Shown here: positions 43,455 to 58,700 of the stretch, piece after piece
Position numbering within the stretch: position 1 is the first letter of the stretch
Layout: every line of letters starts with the position of its first letter
NCBI RefSeq assembly: GCF_009914755.1
Contig: NC_060925.1
Direction: 5' to 3' (one strand)
From: the human T2T-CHM13v2.0 reference genome, Homo sapiens
Length of the DNA: 64,000 nt
The notes under the pieces: generated by a model
Told to the model about the DNA's origin: nothing
What the model saw: the letters and a program-made list of their open reading frames with translations, nothing else
Databases searched by the model: none
Program-made: the position numbers and the translations under genes

Positions 43455-45698
43455 ATGGAATCTTCATCGAATGCATTGAATGCAATCATCGAATGGTCTC
43501 GAATGGAATCATCTTCTAATGGAAAGGAATGGAGTCATCGCATAGAATCGAATGGAATTATCATCGAATGGAATCGAATGGTATGAACACCAAACGGAAA
43601 AAAACGGAATTATCGAATGGAATCGAAGAGAATCTTCGAACGGACCCGAATGGAATCATCTAATGGAATGGAATGGAATAATCCATGGACTCGAATGCAA
43701 TCATCATCGAATGGAATGGAATGGAATCATCGAATGGACTCGAATGGAATAATCATTGAACGGAATCGAATGGAATCATCATCGGATGGAAACGAATGGA
43801 ATCATCATCGAATGGAAATGAAAGGAGTCATCATCTAATGGAATTGCATGGAATCATCATAAAATGGAATCGAATGGAATCAACATCAAATGGAATCAAA
43901 TGGAATCATTGAACGGAATTGAATGGAAGCGTCATCGAATGAATTGAATGCAATCATCGAATGGTCTCGAATGTAATCATCTTCTAATGGAAAGGAATGG
44001 AATCATCGCATAGAATCGAATGGAATTATCATCGAATGGAATCGAATGGTATCAACACCAAACGGAAAAAAACGGAATTATCGAATGGAATCGAAGAGAA
44101 TCTTCGAACGGACCCGAATGGAATCATCTAATGGAATGGAATGGAATAATCCATGGACTCGAATGCAATCATCATCGAATGGAATCGAATGGAATCATCG
44201 AATGGACTCGAATGGAATAATCATTGAACGGAATCGAATGGAATCATTATCAGATGGAAACGAATGGAATCATCATCGAATGGAAATGAAAGGAGTCATC
44301 ATGTAATGGAATTGCATGGAATCATCATAAAATGGAATCGAATGGAATCAACATCAAATGGAATCAAATGGAATCATTGAACGGAATTGAATGGAATCGT
44401 CATCGAATGAATTGACTGCAATCATCGAATGGTCTCGAATGGAATCATCTTCAAATCGAATGGAATGGAATCATCGCATAGAATCGAATGGAATTATCAT
44501 CGAATGGAATCGAATGGAATCAACATCAAACGGAAAAAAACGGAATTATCGTATGGAATCGAAGAGAATCATCGAATGGACCCGAATGGAATCATCTAAT
44601 GGAATGGAATGGAATAATCCATGGACTCGAATGCAATCATCATCGAATGGAATCGAATGGAATCATCGAATGGACTCGAATGGAATAATCATTGAACGGA
44701 ATCGAATGGAATCATCATCGGATGGAAATGAATGGAATCATCATCGAATGGAATCGAATAGAATTATGGAATGAAATCCAGTGTGATCATCATCGAATGG
44801 ACCCGAATGGAATCATCATCCAACGGAAGCTAATGGAATCAACATCGAATGAATCGAATGGAAACACCATCGAATTGAAACGAATGGAATTATCATGAAA
44901 TTGAAATGGATGGACTCATCATCGAATGGATTCGAATGGAATCATCGAATAAAATTGATGGAAATCATCATCCAATGGAATCGAATGGTATCATTGAATG
45001 GAATCGAATGGAATCAACATCAGATGGAAATGAATGGAATCGTCATAGAATGGAATCGAATGGATTCATTGAATGGAATCAGATGGAATCATCGAATGGA
45101 CTGGAATGGAATCATTGAATGGACTCGAAAGGGATCATGATTGAATGGAATTGAATGGAATCATCGAATGGTCTCGATTGGAATCATTATCAAATGGAAT
45201 CGAATGGAATCACCGAATAGAATCGAATGGAACAATCATCGAATGGACTCAAATGGAATTATCCTCCAATGGAATCGAATGGAATTATCGAATGCAATCG
45301 AATGGAATTATCGAATGCAATCGAATAGAATCATCGAATGGACTCGAATGGAATCATCGAATGGAATGGAATGGAACAGTCAATGAACTCGAATGGAATC
45401 ATCATTGAATGGAATCGAATGGAATCATCGAGTGGAATCGAATGGAATTATGATCAAATGGAATCGAATGTAATCCTCATCAAATGGAATCAAAAATAAC
45501 CATCATCAATTGGTATTGAATGGAATTGTCATCAAATGGAATTCAAAGGAATCATCATCAAATGGAACCGAATGGAATCCTCATTGAATGGAAATGAAAG
45601 GGGTCATCATCTAATGGAATCGCATGGAATCATCATCAAATGGAATCGAATGGAATCATCATCAAATGGAATCTAATGGAATCATTGAACAGAATTGA
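43455..45698 (+). repeat. 2244 bp variant unit (468 bp module triplicated, A-A-B)
   Basis: Module landmarks at 43455, 43923 and 44391 (468 bp steps); next unit at 45699 (1776+468). Confidence 0.92.
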
Positions 45699-47469
45699 AT
45701 GGAATCTTCATCGAATACATTGAATGCAATCATCGAATGGTCTCGAATGGAATCATCTTCTAATGGAAAGGAATGGAATCATCGCATAGAATCGAATGGA
45801 ATTATCATCGAATGGAATCGAATGGTATGAACACCAAACGGAAAAAAACGGAATTATCGAATGGAATCGAAGAGAATCTTCGAACGGACCCGAATGGAAT
45901 CATCTAATGGAATGGAATGGAATAATCCATGGACTCGAATGCAATCATCATCGAATGGAATGGAATGGAATCATCGAATGGACTCGAATGGAATAATCAT
46001 TGAACGGAATCGAATGGAATCATCATCGGATGGAAACGAATGGAATCATCATCGAATGGAAATGAAAGGAGTCATCATCTAATGGAATTGCATGGAATCA
46101 TCATAAAATGGAATCGAATGGAATCAACATCAAATGGAATCAAATGGAATCATTGAACGGAATTGAATGGAGTCGTCATCGAATGAATTGAATGCAATCA
46201 TCGAATGGTCTCGAATGGAATCATCTTCAAATGGAATGGAATGGAATCATCGCATAGAATCGAATGGAATTATCATCGAATGGAATCGAATGGAATCAAC
46301 ATCAAACGGAAAAAAACGGAATTATCGAATGGAATCGAAGAGAATCATCGAATGGACCCGAATGGAATCATCTAATGGAATGCAATGGAATAATCCATGG
46401 ACTCGAATGCAATCATCATCGAATGGAATCGAATGGAATCATCGAGTGGACTCGAATGGAATAATCATTGAACGGAATCGAATGGAATCATCATCGGATG
46501 GAAATGAATGGAATCATCATCGAATGGAATCGAATAGAATTATGGAATGAAATCCAGTGTGATCATCATCGAATGGACCCGAATGGAATCATCATCCAAC
46601 GGAAGCTAATGGAATCAACATCGAATGAATCAAATGGAAACACCATCGAATTGAAACGAATGGAATTATCATGAAATTGAAATGGATGGACTCATCATCG
46701 AATGGATTCGAATGGAATCATCGAATAAAATTGATTGAAATCATCATCGAATGGAATCGAATGGTATCATTGAATGGAATCGAATGGAATCATCATCAGA
46801 TGGAAATGAATGGAATCGTCATAGAATGGAATCGAATGGATTCATTGAATGGAATCAGATGGAATCATCGAATGGACTGGAATGGAATCATTGAATGGAC
46901 TCGAAAGGGATCATGATTGAATGGAATTGAATGGAATCATCGAATGGTCTCGATTGGAATCATTATCAAATGGAATCGAATGGAATCACCGAATAGAATC
47001 GAATGGAACAATCATCGAATGGACTCAAATGGAATTATCCTCAAATGGAATCGAACGGAATTATCGAATGCAATCGAATGGAATTATCGAATGCAATCGA
47101 ATAGTATCATCGAATGGACTCGAATGGAATCATCGAATGGAATGGAACAGTCAATGAACTCGAATGGAATCATCATTGAATGGAATCGAATGGAATCATC
47201 AAGTGGAATCGAATGGAATTATGATCAAATGGAATCGAATGTAATCATCATCAAATGGAATCAAAAATAACCATCATCAATTGGTATTGAATGGAATTGT
47301 CATCAAATGGAATTCAAAGGAATCATCATCAAATGGAACCGAATGGAATCCTCATTGAATGGAAATGAAAGGGGTCATCATCTAATGGAATCGCATGGAA
47401 TCATCATCAAATGGAATCGAATGGAATCATCATCAAATGGAATCTAATGGAATCATTGAACAGAATTGA

Positions 47470-50400
47470 ATGGAATCGTCATCGAATGAATTGAATGCAA
47501 TCATCGAATGGTCTCGAATGGAATCATCTTCTAATGGAAAGGAATGGAATCATCGCATAGAATCGAATGGAATTATCATCGAATGGAATCGAATGGCATC
47601 AACACCAAACGGAAAAAAACGGAATTATCGAATGGAATCGAAGAGAATCTTCGAACGGACCCGAATGGAATCATCTAATGGAATGGAATGGAATAATCCA
47701 TGGACTCGAATGCAATCATCATCGAATGGAATGGAATGGAATCATCGAATGGACTCGAATGGAATAATCATTGAACGGAATTGAATGGAATCATCATCGG
47801 ATGGAAACGAATGGAATCATCATCGAATGGAAATGAAAGGAGTCATCATCTAATGGAATTGCATGGAATCATCATAAAATGGAATCGAATGGAATCAACA
47901 TCAAATGGAATCAAATGGAATCATTGAACGGAATTGAATGGAATCGTCATCGAATGAATTGACTGCAATCATCGAATGTTCTCGAATGGAATCATCTTCA
48001 AATGGAATGGAATGGAATCATCGCATAGAATCGAATGGAATTATCATCGAATGGAATCGAATGGAATCAACATCAAACGGAAAAAAACGGAATTATCGTA
48101 TGGGATCGAAGAGAATCATCGAATAGACCAGAATGGAATCATCTAATAGAATGGAATGTAATAATCCATGGACTCGAATGCAATCATCATCGAATGGAAT
48201 CGAATGGAATCATCGAATGGACTCGAATGGAATAATCATTGAACGGAATCGAATGGAATCATCATCGGATGGAAATGAATGGAATCATCATCGAATGGAA
48301 TCGAATAGAATTATGGAATGAAATCCAGTGTGATCATCATCGAATGGACCCGAATGGAATCATCATCCAACGGAAGCTAATGGAATCAACATCGAATGAA
48401 TCAAATGGAAACACCATCGAATTGAAACGAATGGAATTATCATGAAATTGAAATGGATGGACTCATCATCGAATGGATTCGAATGGAATCATCGAATAAA
48501 ATTGATTGAAATCATCATCGAATGGAATCGAATGGTATCATTGAATGGAATCGAATGGAATCATCATCAGATGGAAATGAATGGAATCGTCATAGAATGG
48601 AATCGAATGGATTCATTGAATGGAATCAGATGGAATCATCGAATGGACTGGAATGGAATCATTGAATGGACTCGAAAGGGATCATGATTGAATGGAATTG
48701 AATGGAATCATCGAATGGTCTCGATTGGAATCATTATCAAATGGAATCGAATGGAATCACCGAATAGAATCGAATGGAACAGTCATCGAATGGACTCAAA
48801 TGGAATTATCCTCAAATGGAATCGAATGGAATTATCGAATGCAATCGAATGGAATTATCGAATGCACTCGAATAGAATCATCGAAAGGACTCGAATGGAA
48901 TCATCGAATGGAATGGAATGGAACAGTCAATGAACTCGAATGGAATCATCATTGAATGGAATCATCGAGTGGAATCGAATGGAATTATGATCAAATGGAA
49001 TCGAATGTAATCATCATCAAATGGAATCAAAAATAACCATCATCAATTGGTATTGAATGGAATTGTCATCAAATGGAATTCAAAGGAATCATCATCAAAT
49101 GGAACCGAATGGAATCCTCATTGAATGGAAATGAAAGGGGTCATCATCTAATGGAATCGCATGGAATCATCATCAAATGGAATCGAATGGAATCATCATC
49201 AAATGGAATCTAATGGAATCATTGAACAGAATTGAATGGAATCGTCATCGAATGAATTGAATGCAATCATCGAATGGTCTCGAATGGAATCATCTTCTAA
49301 TGGAAAGGAATGGAATCATCGCATAGAATCGAATGGAATTATCATCGAATGGAATCGAATGGTATCAACACCAAACGGAAAAAAACGGAATTATCGAATG
49401 GAATCGAAGAGAATCTTCGAACGGACCCGAATGGAATCATCTAATGGAATGGAATGGAATAATCCATGGACTCGAATGCAATCATCATCGAATGGCATCG
49501 AATGGAATCATCGAATGGACTCGAATGGAATAATCATTGAACAGAATCGAATGGAATCATCATCGGATGGAAACGAATGGAATCATCATCGAATGGAAAT
49601 GAAAGGAGTCATCATCTAATGGAATTGCATGGAATCATCATAAGATGGAATCGAATGGAATCAACATCAAATGGAATCAAATGGAATCATTGAACGGAAT
49701 TGAATGGAATCGTCATCGAATGAATTGACTGCAATCATCGAATGGTCTCGAATGGAATCATCTTCAAATGGAATGGAATGGAATCATCGCATAGAATCGA
49801 ATGGAATTATCATCGAATGGAATCGAATGGAATCAACATCAAACGGAAAAAAACAGAATTATCGTATGGAATCGAAGAGAATCATCGAATGGACCCGAAT
49901 GGAATCATCTAATGGAATGGAATGGAATAATCCATGGACTCGAATGCAATCATCATCGAATGGAATCGAATGGAATCTTCGAATGGACTCGAATGGAATA
50001 ATCATTGAACGGAATCGAATGGAATCATCATCGGATGGAAATGAATGGAATCATCATCGAATGGAATCGAATAGAATTATGGAATGAAATCCAGTGTGAT
50101 CATCATCGAATGGACCCGAATGGAATCATCATCCAACGGAAGCTAATGGAATCAACATCGAATGAATCGAATGGAAACACCATCGAATTGAAACGAATGG
50201 AATTATCATGAAATTGAAATGGATGGACTCATCATCGAATGGATTCGAATGGAATCAACGAATAAAATTGATTGAAATCATCATCAAATGGAATCGAATG
50301 GTATCATTGAATGGAATCGAATGGAATCATCATCAGATGGAAATGAATGGAATCGTCATAGAATGGAATCGAATGGATTCATTGAATGGAATCAGATGGA

Positions 50401-52776
50401 ATCATCGAATGGACTGGAATGGAATCATTGAATGGACTCGAAATGGATCATTATTGAATGGAATTGAATGGAATCATCGAATGGTCTCGATTGGAATCAT
50501 ACCAAATGGAATCGAATGGAATCACCGAATAGAATCGAATGGAACAATCATCGAATGGACTCAAATGGAATTATCCTCAAATGGAATCGAATGGAATTAT
50601 CGAATGCAATCGAATGGAATTATCGAATGCAATCGAATAGAATCATCGAAAGGACTCGAATGGAATCATCGAATGGAATGGAATGGAACAGTCAATGAAC
50701 TCGAATGGAATCATCATTGAATGGAATCGAATGGAATCATCGAGTGGAATCGAATGGAATTATGATCAAATGGAATCGAATGTAATCATCATCAAATGGA
50801 ATCAAAAATAACCATCATCAATTGGTATTGAATGGAATTGTCATCAAATGGAATTCAAAGGAATCATCATCAAATGGAACCGAATGGAATCCTCATTGAA
50901 TGGAAATGAAAGGGGTCATCATCTAATGGAATCGCATGGAATCATCATCAAATGGAATCGAATGGAATCATCATCAAATGGAATCTAATGGAATCATTGA
51001 ACAGAATTGAATGGAATCGTCATCGAATGAATTGAATGCAATCATCGAATGGTCTCGAATGGAATCATCTTCTAATGGAAAGGAATGGAATCATCGCATA
51101 GAATCGAATGGAATTATCATCGAATGGAATCGAATGGTATCAACACCAAACGGAAAAAAACGGAATTATCGAATGGAATCGAAGAGAATCTTCGAACGGA
51201 CCCGAATGGAATCATCTAATGGAATGGAATGGAATAATCCATGGACTCGAATGCAATCATCATCGAATGGAATGGAATGGAATCATCGAATGGACTCGAA
51301 TGGAATAATCATTGAACGGAATTGAATGGAATCATCATCGGATGGAAACGAATGGAATCATCATCGAATGGAAATGAAAGGAGTCATCATCTAATGGAAT
51401 TGCATGGAATCATCATAAAATGGAATCGAATGGAATCAACATCAAATGGAATCAAATGGAATCATTGAACAGAATTGAATGGAATCGTCATCGTATGAAT
51501 TGACTGCAATCATTGAATGTTCTCGAATGGAATCATCTTCAAATGGAATGGAATGGAATCATCGCATAGAATCGAATGGAATTATCATCGAATGGAATCG
51601 AATGGAATCAACATCAAACGGAAAAAAACGGAATTATCGTATGGAATCGAAGAGAATCATCGAATAGACCAGAATGGAATCATCTAATAGAATGGAATGG
51701 AATAATCCATGGACTCGAATGCAATCATCATCGAATGGAATCGAATGGAATCATCGAATGGACTCGAATGGAATAATCATTGAACGGAATCGAATGGAAT
51801 CATCATCGGATGGAAATGAATGGAATCATCATCGAATGGAATCGAATAGAATTATGGAATGAAATCCAGTGTGATCATCATCGAATGGACCCGAATGGAA
51901 TCATCATCCAACGGAAGCTAATGGAATCAACATCGAATGAATCAAATGGAAACACCATCGAATTGAAACGAATGGAATTATCATGAAATTGAAATGGATG
52001 GACTCATCATCGAATGGATTCGAATGGAATCATGGAATAAAATTGATTGAAATCATCATCGAATGGAATCGAATGGTATCATTGAATGGAATCGAATGGA
52101 ATCATCATCAGATGGAAATGAATGGAATCGTCATAGAATGGAATCGAATGGATTCATTGAATGGAATCAGATGGAATCATCGAATGGACTGGAATGGAAT
52201 CATTGAATGGACTCGAAAGGGATCATGATTGAATGGAATTGAATGGAATCATCGAATGGTCTCGATTGGAATCATTATCAAATGGAATCGAATAGAATCA
52301 CCGAATAGAATCGAATGGAACAGTCATCGAATGGACTCAAATGGAATTATCCTCAAATGGAATCGAATGGAATTATCGAATGCAATCGAATGGAATTATC
52401 GAATGCACTCGAATAGAATCATCGAAAGGACTCGAATGGAATCATCGAATGGAATGGAATGGAACAGTCAATGAACTCGAATGGAATCATCATTGAATGG
52501 AATCATCGAGTGGAATCGAATGGAATTATGATCAAATGGAATCGAATGTAATCATCATCAGATGGAATCAAAAATAACCATCATCAATTGGTATTGAATG
52601 GAATTGTCATCAAATGGAATTCAAAGGAATCATCATCAAATGGAACCGAATGGAATCCTCATTGAATGGAAATGAAAGGGGTCATCATCTAATGGAATCG
52701 CATGGAATCATCATCAAATGGAATCGAATGGAATCATCATCAAATGGAATCTAATGGAATCATTTAACAGAATTGA
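47470..52776 (+). repeat. Local duplication with period 3541 bp
   Basis: Units at 47470 and 51011 share aacggaattg (premature stop), gaatgttctcg, gaatagaccagaatgg, ctaatagaatgg, ggaacagtcatcg, atgcactcg and a 10 bp deletion (~48960/~52500). Confidence 0.88.
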
Positions 52777-55700
52777 ATGGAATCTTCATCGAATGAATTG
52801 AATGCAATCATCGAATGGTCTCGAATGGAATCATCTTCTAATGGAAAGGAATGGAATCATCGCATAGAATCGAATGGAATTATCATCGAATGGAATCGAA
52901 TGGTATCAACACCAAACGGAAAAAAACGGAATTATCGAATGGAATCGAAGAGAATCTTCGAACGGACCCGAATGGAATCATCTAATGGAATGGAATGGAA
53001 TAATCCATGGACTCGAATGCAATCATCATCGAATGGAATCGAATGGAATCATCGAATGGACTCGAATGGAATAATCATTGAACGGAATCGAATGGAATCA
53101 TCATCGGATGGAAACGAATGGAATCATCATCGAATGGAAATGAAAGGAGTCATCATCTAATGGAATTGCATGGAATCATCATAAAATGGAATCGAATGGA
53201 ATCAACATCAAATGGAATCAAATGGAATCATTGAACGGAATTGAATGGAATCGTCATCGAATGAATTGACTGCAATCATCGAATGGTCTCGAATGGAATC
53301 ATCTTCAAATGGAATGGAATGGAATCATCGCATAGAATCGAATGGAATTATCATCGAATGGAATCGAATGGAATCAACATCAAACGGAAAAAAACGGAAT
53401 TATCGAATGGAATCGAAGAGAATCATCGAATGGACCCGAATGGAATCATCTAATGGAATGGAATGGAATAATCCATGGACTCGAATGCAATCATCATCGA
53501 ATGGAATCGAATGGAATCATCGAATGGACTCGAATGGAATAATCATTGAACGGAATCGAATGGAATCATCATCGGATGGAAATGAATGGAATCATCATCG
53601 AATGGAATAGAATAGAATTATGGAATGAAATCCAGTGTGATCATCATCGAATGGACCCGAATGGAATCATCTTCCAACGGAAGCTAATGGAATCAACATC
53701 GAATGAATCGAATGGAAACACCATCGAATTGAAACGAATGGAATTATCATGAAATTGAAATGGATGGACTCATCATCGAATGGATTCGAATGGAATCATC
53801 GAATAAAATTGATTGAAATCATCATCGAATGGAATCGAATGGTATCATTGAATGGAATCGAATGGAATCATCATCAGATGTAAATGAATGGAATCGTCAT
53901 AGAATGGAATCGAATGGATTCATTGAATGGAATCAGATGGAATCATCGAATGGACTGGAATGGAATCATTGAATGGACTCGAAAGGGATCATGATTGAAT
54001 GGAATTGAATGGAATCATCGAATGGTCTCGATTGGAATCATTATCAAATGGAATCGAATGGAATCACCGAATAGAATCGAATGGAACAATCATCGAATGG
54101 ACTCAAATGGAATTATCCTCAAATGGAATCGAATGGAATTATCAAATGCAATCGAATGGAATTATCGAATGCAATCGAATAGAATCATCGAAAGGACTCG
54201 AATGGAATCATCGAATGGAATGGAATGGAACAGTCAATGAACTCGAATGGAATCATCATTGAATGGAATCGAATGGAATCATCGAGTGGAATCGAATGGA
54301 ATTATGATCAAATGGAATCGAATGTAATCATCATCAAATGGAATCAAAAATAACCATCATCAATTGGTATTCAATGGAAATGTCATCAAATGGAATTCAA
54401 AGGAATCATCATCAAATGGAACCGAATGGAATCCTGATTGAATGGAAATGAAAGGGGTCATCATCTGATGGAATCGCATGGAATCATCATCAAATGGAAT
54501 CGAATGGAATCATCATCAAATGGAATCTAATGGAATCATTGAACAGAATTGAATGGAATCGTCATCGAATGAATTGAATGCAATCATCGAATGGTCTCGA
54601 ATGGAATCATCTTCTAATGGAAAGGAATGGAATCATCGCATAGAATCGAATGGAATTATCATCGAATGGAATCGAATGGTATCAACACCAAACGGAAAAA
54701 AACGGAATTATCGAATGGAATCGAAGAGAATCTTCGAACGGACCCGAATGGAATCATCTAATGGAATGGAATGGAATAATCCATGGACTCGAATGCAATC
54801 ATCATCGAATGGAATGGAATGGAATCATCGAATCGACTCGAATGGAATAATCATTGAACGGAATCGAATGGAATCATCATCGGATGGAAACGAATGGAAT
54901 CATCATCGAATGGAAATGAAAGGAGTCATCATCTAATGGAATTGCATGGAATCATCATAAAATGGAATCGAATGGAATCAACATCAAATGGAATCAAATG
55001 GAATCATTGAACGGAATTGAATGGAATCGTCATCGAATGAATTGACTGCAATCATCGAATGGTCTCGAATGGAATCATCCTCAAATGGAATGGAATGGAA
55101 TCATCGCATAGAATCGAATGGAATTATCATCGAATGGAATCGAATGGAATCAACATCAAACGGAAAAAAACGGAATTATCGAATGGAATCGAAGAGAATC
55201 ATCGAATGGACCCGAATGGAATCATCTAATGGAATGGAATGGAATAATCCATGGACTCGAATGCAATCATCATCGAATGGAATCGAATGGAATCATCCAA
55301 TGGACTCGAATGGAATAATCATTGAACGGAATCGAATGGAATCATCATCGGATGGAAATGAATGGAATCATCATTGAATGGAATCGAATAGAATTATGGA
55401 ATGAAATCCAGTGTGATCATCATCGAATGGACCCGAATGGAATCATCATCCAACGGAAGCTAATGGAATCAACATCGAATGAATCGAATGGAAACACCAT
55501 CGAATTGAAACGAATGGAATTATCATGAAATTGAAATGGATGGACTCATCATCGAATGGATTCGAATGGAATCATCGAATAAAATTGATTGAAATCATCA
55601 TCCAATGGAATCGAATGGTATCATTGAATGGAATCGAATGGAATCATCATCAGATGGAAATGAATGGAATCGTCATAGAATGGAATCGAATGGATTCATT

Positions 55701-58700
55701 GAATGGAATCAGATGGAATCATCGAATGGACTGGAATGGAATCATTGAATGGACTCGAAAGGGATCATTATTGAATGGAATTGAATGGAATCATCGAATG
55801 GTCTCGATTGGAATCATTATCAAATGGAATCGAATGGAATCACCGAATAGAATCGAATGGCACAATCATCGAATGGACTCAAATGGAATTATCCTCCAAT
55901 GGAATCGAATGGAATTATCGAATGCAATCGAATGGAATTATCGAATGCAATCGAATAGAATCATCGAATGGACTCGAATGGAATCATCGAATGGAATGGA
56001 ATGGAACAGTCAATGAACTCGAATGGAATCATCATTGAATGGAATCGAATGGAATCATCGAGTGGAATCGAATGGAATTATGATCAAATGGAATCGAATG
56101 TAATCATCATCAAATGGAATCAAAAATAACCATCATCAATTGGTATTGAATGGAATTGTCATCAAATGGAATTCAAAGGAATCATCATCAAATGGAACCG
56201 AATGGAATCCTCATTGAATGGAAATGAAAGGGGTCATCATCTAATGGAATCGCATGGAATCATCATCAAATGGAATCGAATGGAATCATCATCAAATGGA
56301 ATCTAATGGAATCATTGAACAGAATTGAATGGAATCGTCATCGAATGAATTGAATGCAATCATCGAATGGTCTCGAATGGAATCATCTTCTAATGGAAAG
56401 GAATGGAATCATCGCATAGAATCGAATGGAATTATCATCGAATGGAATCGAATGGTATCAACACCAAACGGAAATAAACGGAATTATCGAATGGAATCGA
56501 AGAGAATCTTCGAACGGACCCGAATGGAATCATCTAATGGAATGGAATGGAATAATCCATGGACTCGAATGCAATCATCATCGAATGGAATGGAATGGAA
56601 TCATGGAATGGACTCGAATGGAATAATCATTGAACGGAATCGAATGGAATCATCATCGGATGGAAACGAATGGAATCATCATCGAATGGAAATGAAAGGA
56701 GTCATCATCTAATGGAATTGCATGGAATCATCATAAAATGGAATCGAATGGAATCAACATCAAATGGAATCAAATGGAATCATTGAACGGAATTGAATGG
56801 AATCGTCATCGAATGAATTGACTGCAATCATCGAATGGTCTCGAATGGAATCATCTTCAAATGGAATGGAATGGAATCATCGCATAGAATCGAATGGAAT
56901 TATCATCGAATGGAATCGAATGGAATCAACATCAAACGGAAAAAAACGGAATTATCGAATGGAATCGAAGAGAATCATCGAATGGACCCGAATGGAATCA
57001 TCTAATGGAATGGAATGGAATAATCCATGGACTCGAATGCAATCATCATCGAATGGAATCGAATGGAATCATCGAATGGACTCGAATGGAATAATCATTG
57101 AACGGAATCGAATGGAATCATCATCGGATGGAAATGAATGGAATCATCATCGAATGGAATAGAATAGAATTATGGAATGAAATCCAGTGTGATCATCATC
57201 GAATGGACCCGAATGGAATCATCATCCAACGGAAGCTAATGGAATCAACATCGAATGAATCGAATGGAAACACCATCGAATTGAAACGAATGGAATTATC
57301 ATGAAATTGAAATGGATGGACTCATCATCGAATGGATTCGAATGGAATCATCGAATAAAATTGATTGAAATCATCATCGAATGGAATCGAATGGTATCAT
57401 TGAATGGAATCGAATGGAATCATCATCAGATGGAAATGAATGGAATCGTCATAGAATGGAATCGAATGGATTCATTGAATGGAATCAGATGGAATCATCG
57501 AATGGACTGGAATGGAATCATTGAATGGACTCGAAAGGGATCATGATTGAATGGAATTGAATGGAATCATCGAATGGTCTCGATTGGAATCATTATCAAA
57601 TGGAATCGAATGGAATCACCGAACAGAATCGAATGGAACAATCATCGAATGGACTCAAATGGAATTATCCTCCAATGGAATCGAATGGAATTATCGAATG
57701 CAATCGAATAGAAACATCGAATGGACTCGAATGGAATCATCGAATGGAATGGAATGGAACAGTCAATGAACTCGAATGGAGTCATCATTGAATGGAATCG
57801 AATGGAATCATCGAGTGGAATCGAATGGAATTATGATCAAATGGAATCGAATGTAATCATCATCTAATGGAATCAAAAATAACCATCATCAATTGGTATT
57901 GAATGGAATTGTCATCAAATGGAATTCAAAGGAATCATCATCAAATGGAACCGAATGGAATCCTCATTGAATGGAAATGAAAGGGGTCATCATCTAATGG
58001 AATCGCATGGAATCATCATCAAATGGAATCGAATGGAATCATCATCAAATGGAATCTAATGGAATCATTGAACAGAATTGAATGGAATCGTCATCGAATG
58101 AATTGAATGCAATCATCGAATGGTCTCGAATGGAATCATCTTCTAATGGAAAGGAATGGAATCATCGCATAGAATCGAATGGAATTATCATCGAATGGAA
58201 TCGAATGGTATCAACACCAAACGGAAAAAAACGGAATTATCGAATGGAATCGAAGAGAATCTTCGAACGGACCCGAATGGAATCATCTAATGGAATGGAA
58301 TGGAATAATCCATGGACTCGAATGCAATCATCATCGAATGGAATCGAATGGAATCATCGAATGGACTCGAATGGAATAATCATTGAACGGAATCGAATGG
58401 AATCATCATCGGATGGAAACGAATGGAATCATCATCGAATGGAAATGAAAGGAGTCATCATCTAATGGAATTGCATGGAATCATCATCAAATGGAATCGA
58501 ATGGAATCAACATCAAATGGAATCAAATGGAATCATTGAACGGAATTGAATGGAATCGTCATCGAATGAATTGACTGCAATCATCGAATGGTCTCGAATG
58601 GAATCATCTTCAAATGGAATGGAATGGAATCATCGCATAGAATCGAATGGAATTATCATCGAATGGAATCGAATGGAATCAACATCAAACGGAAAAAAAC

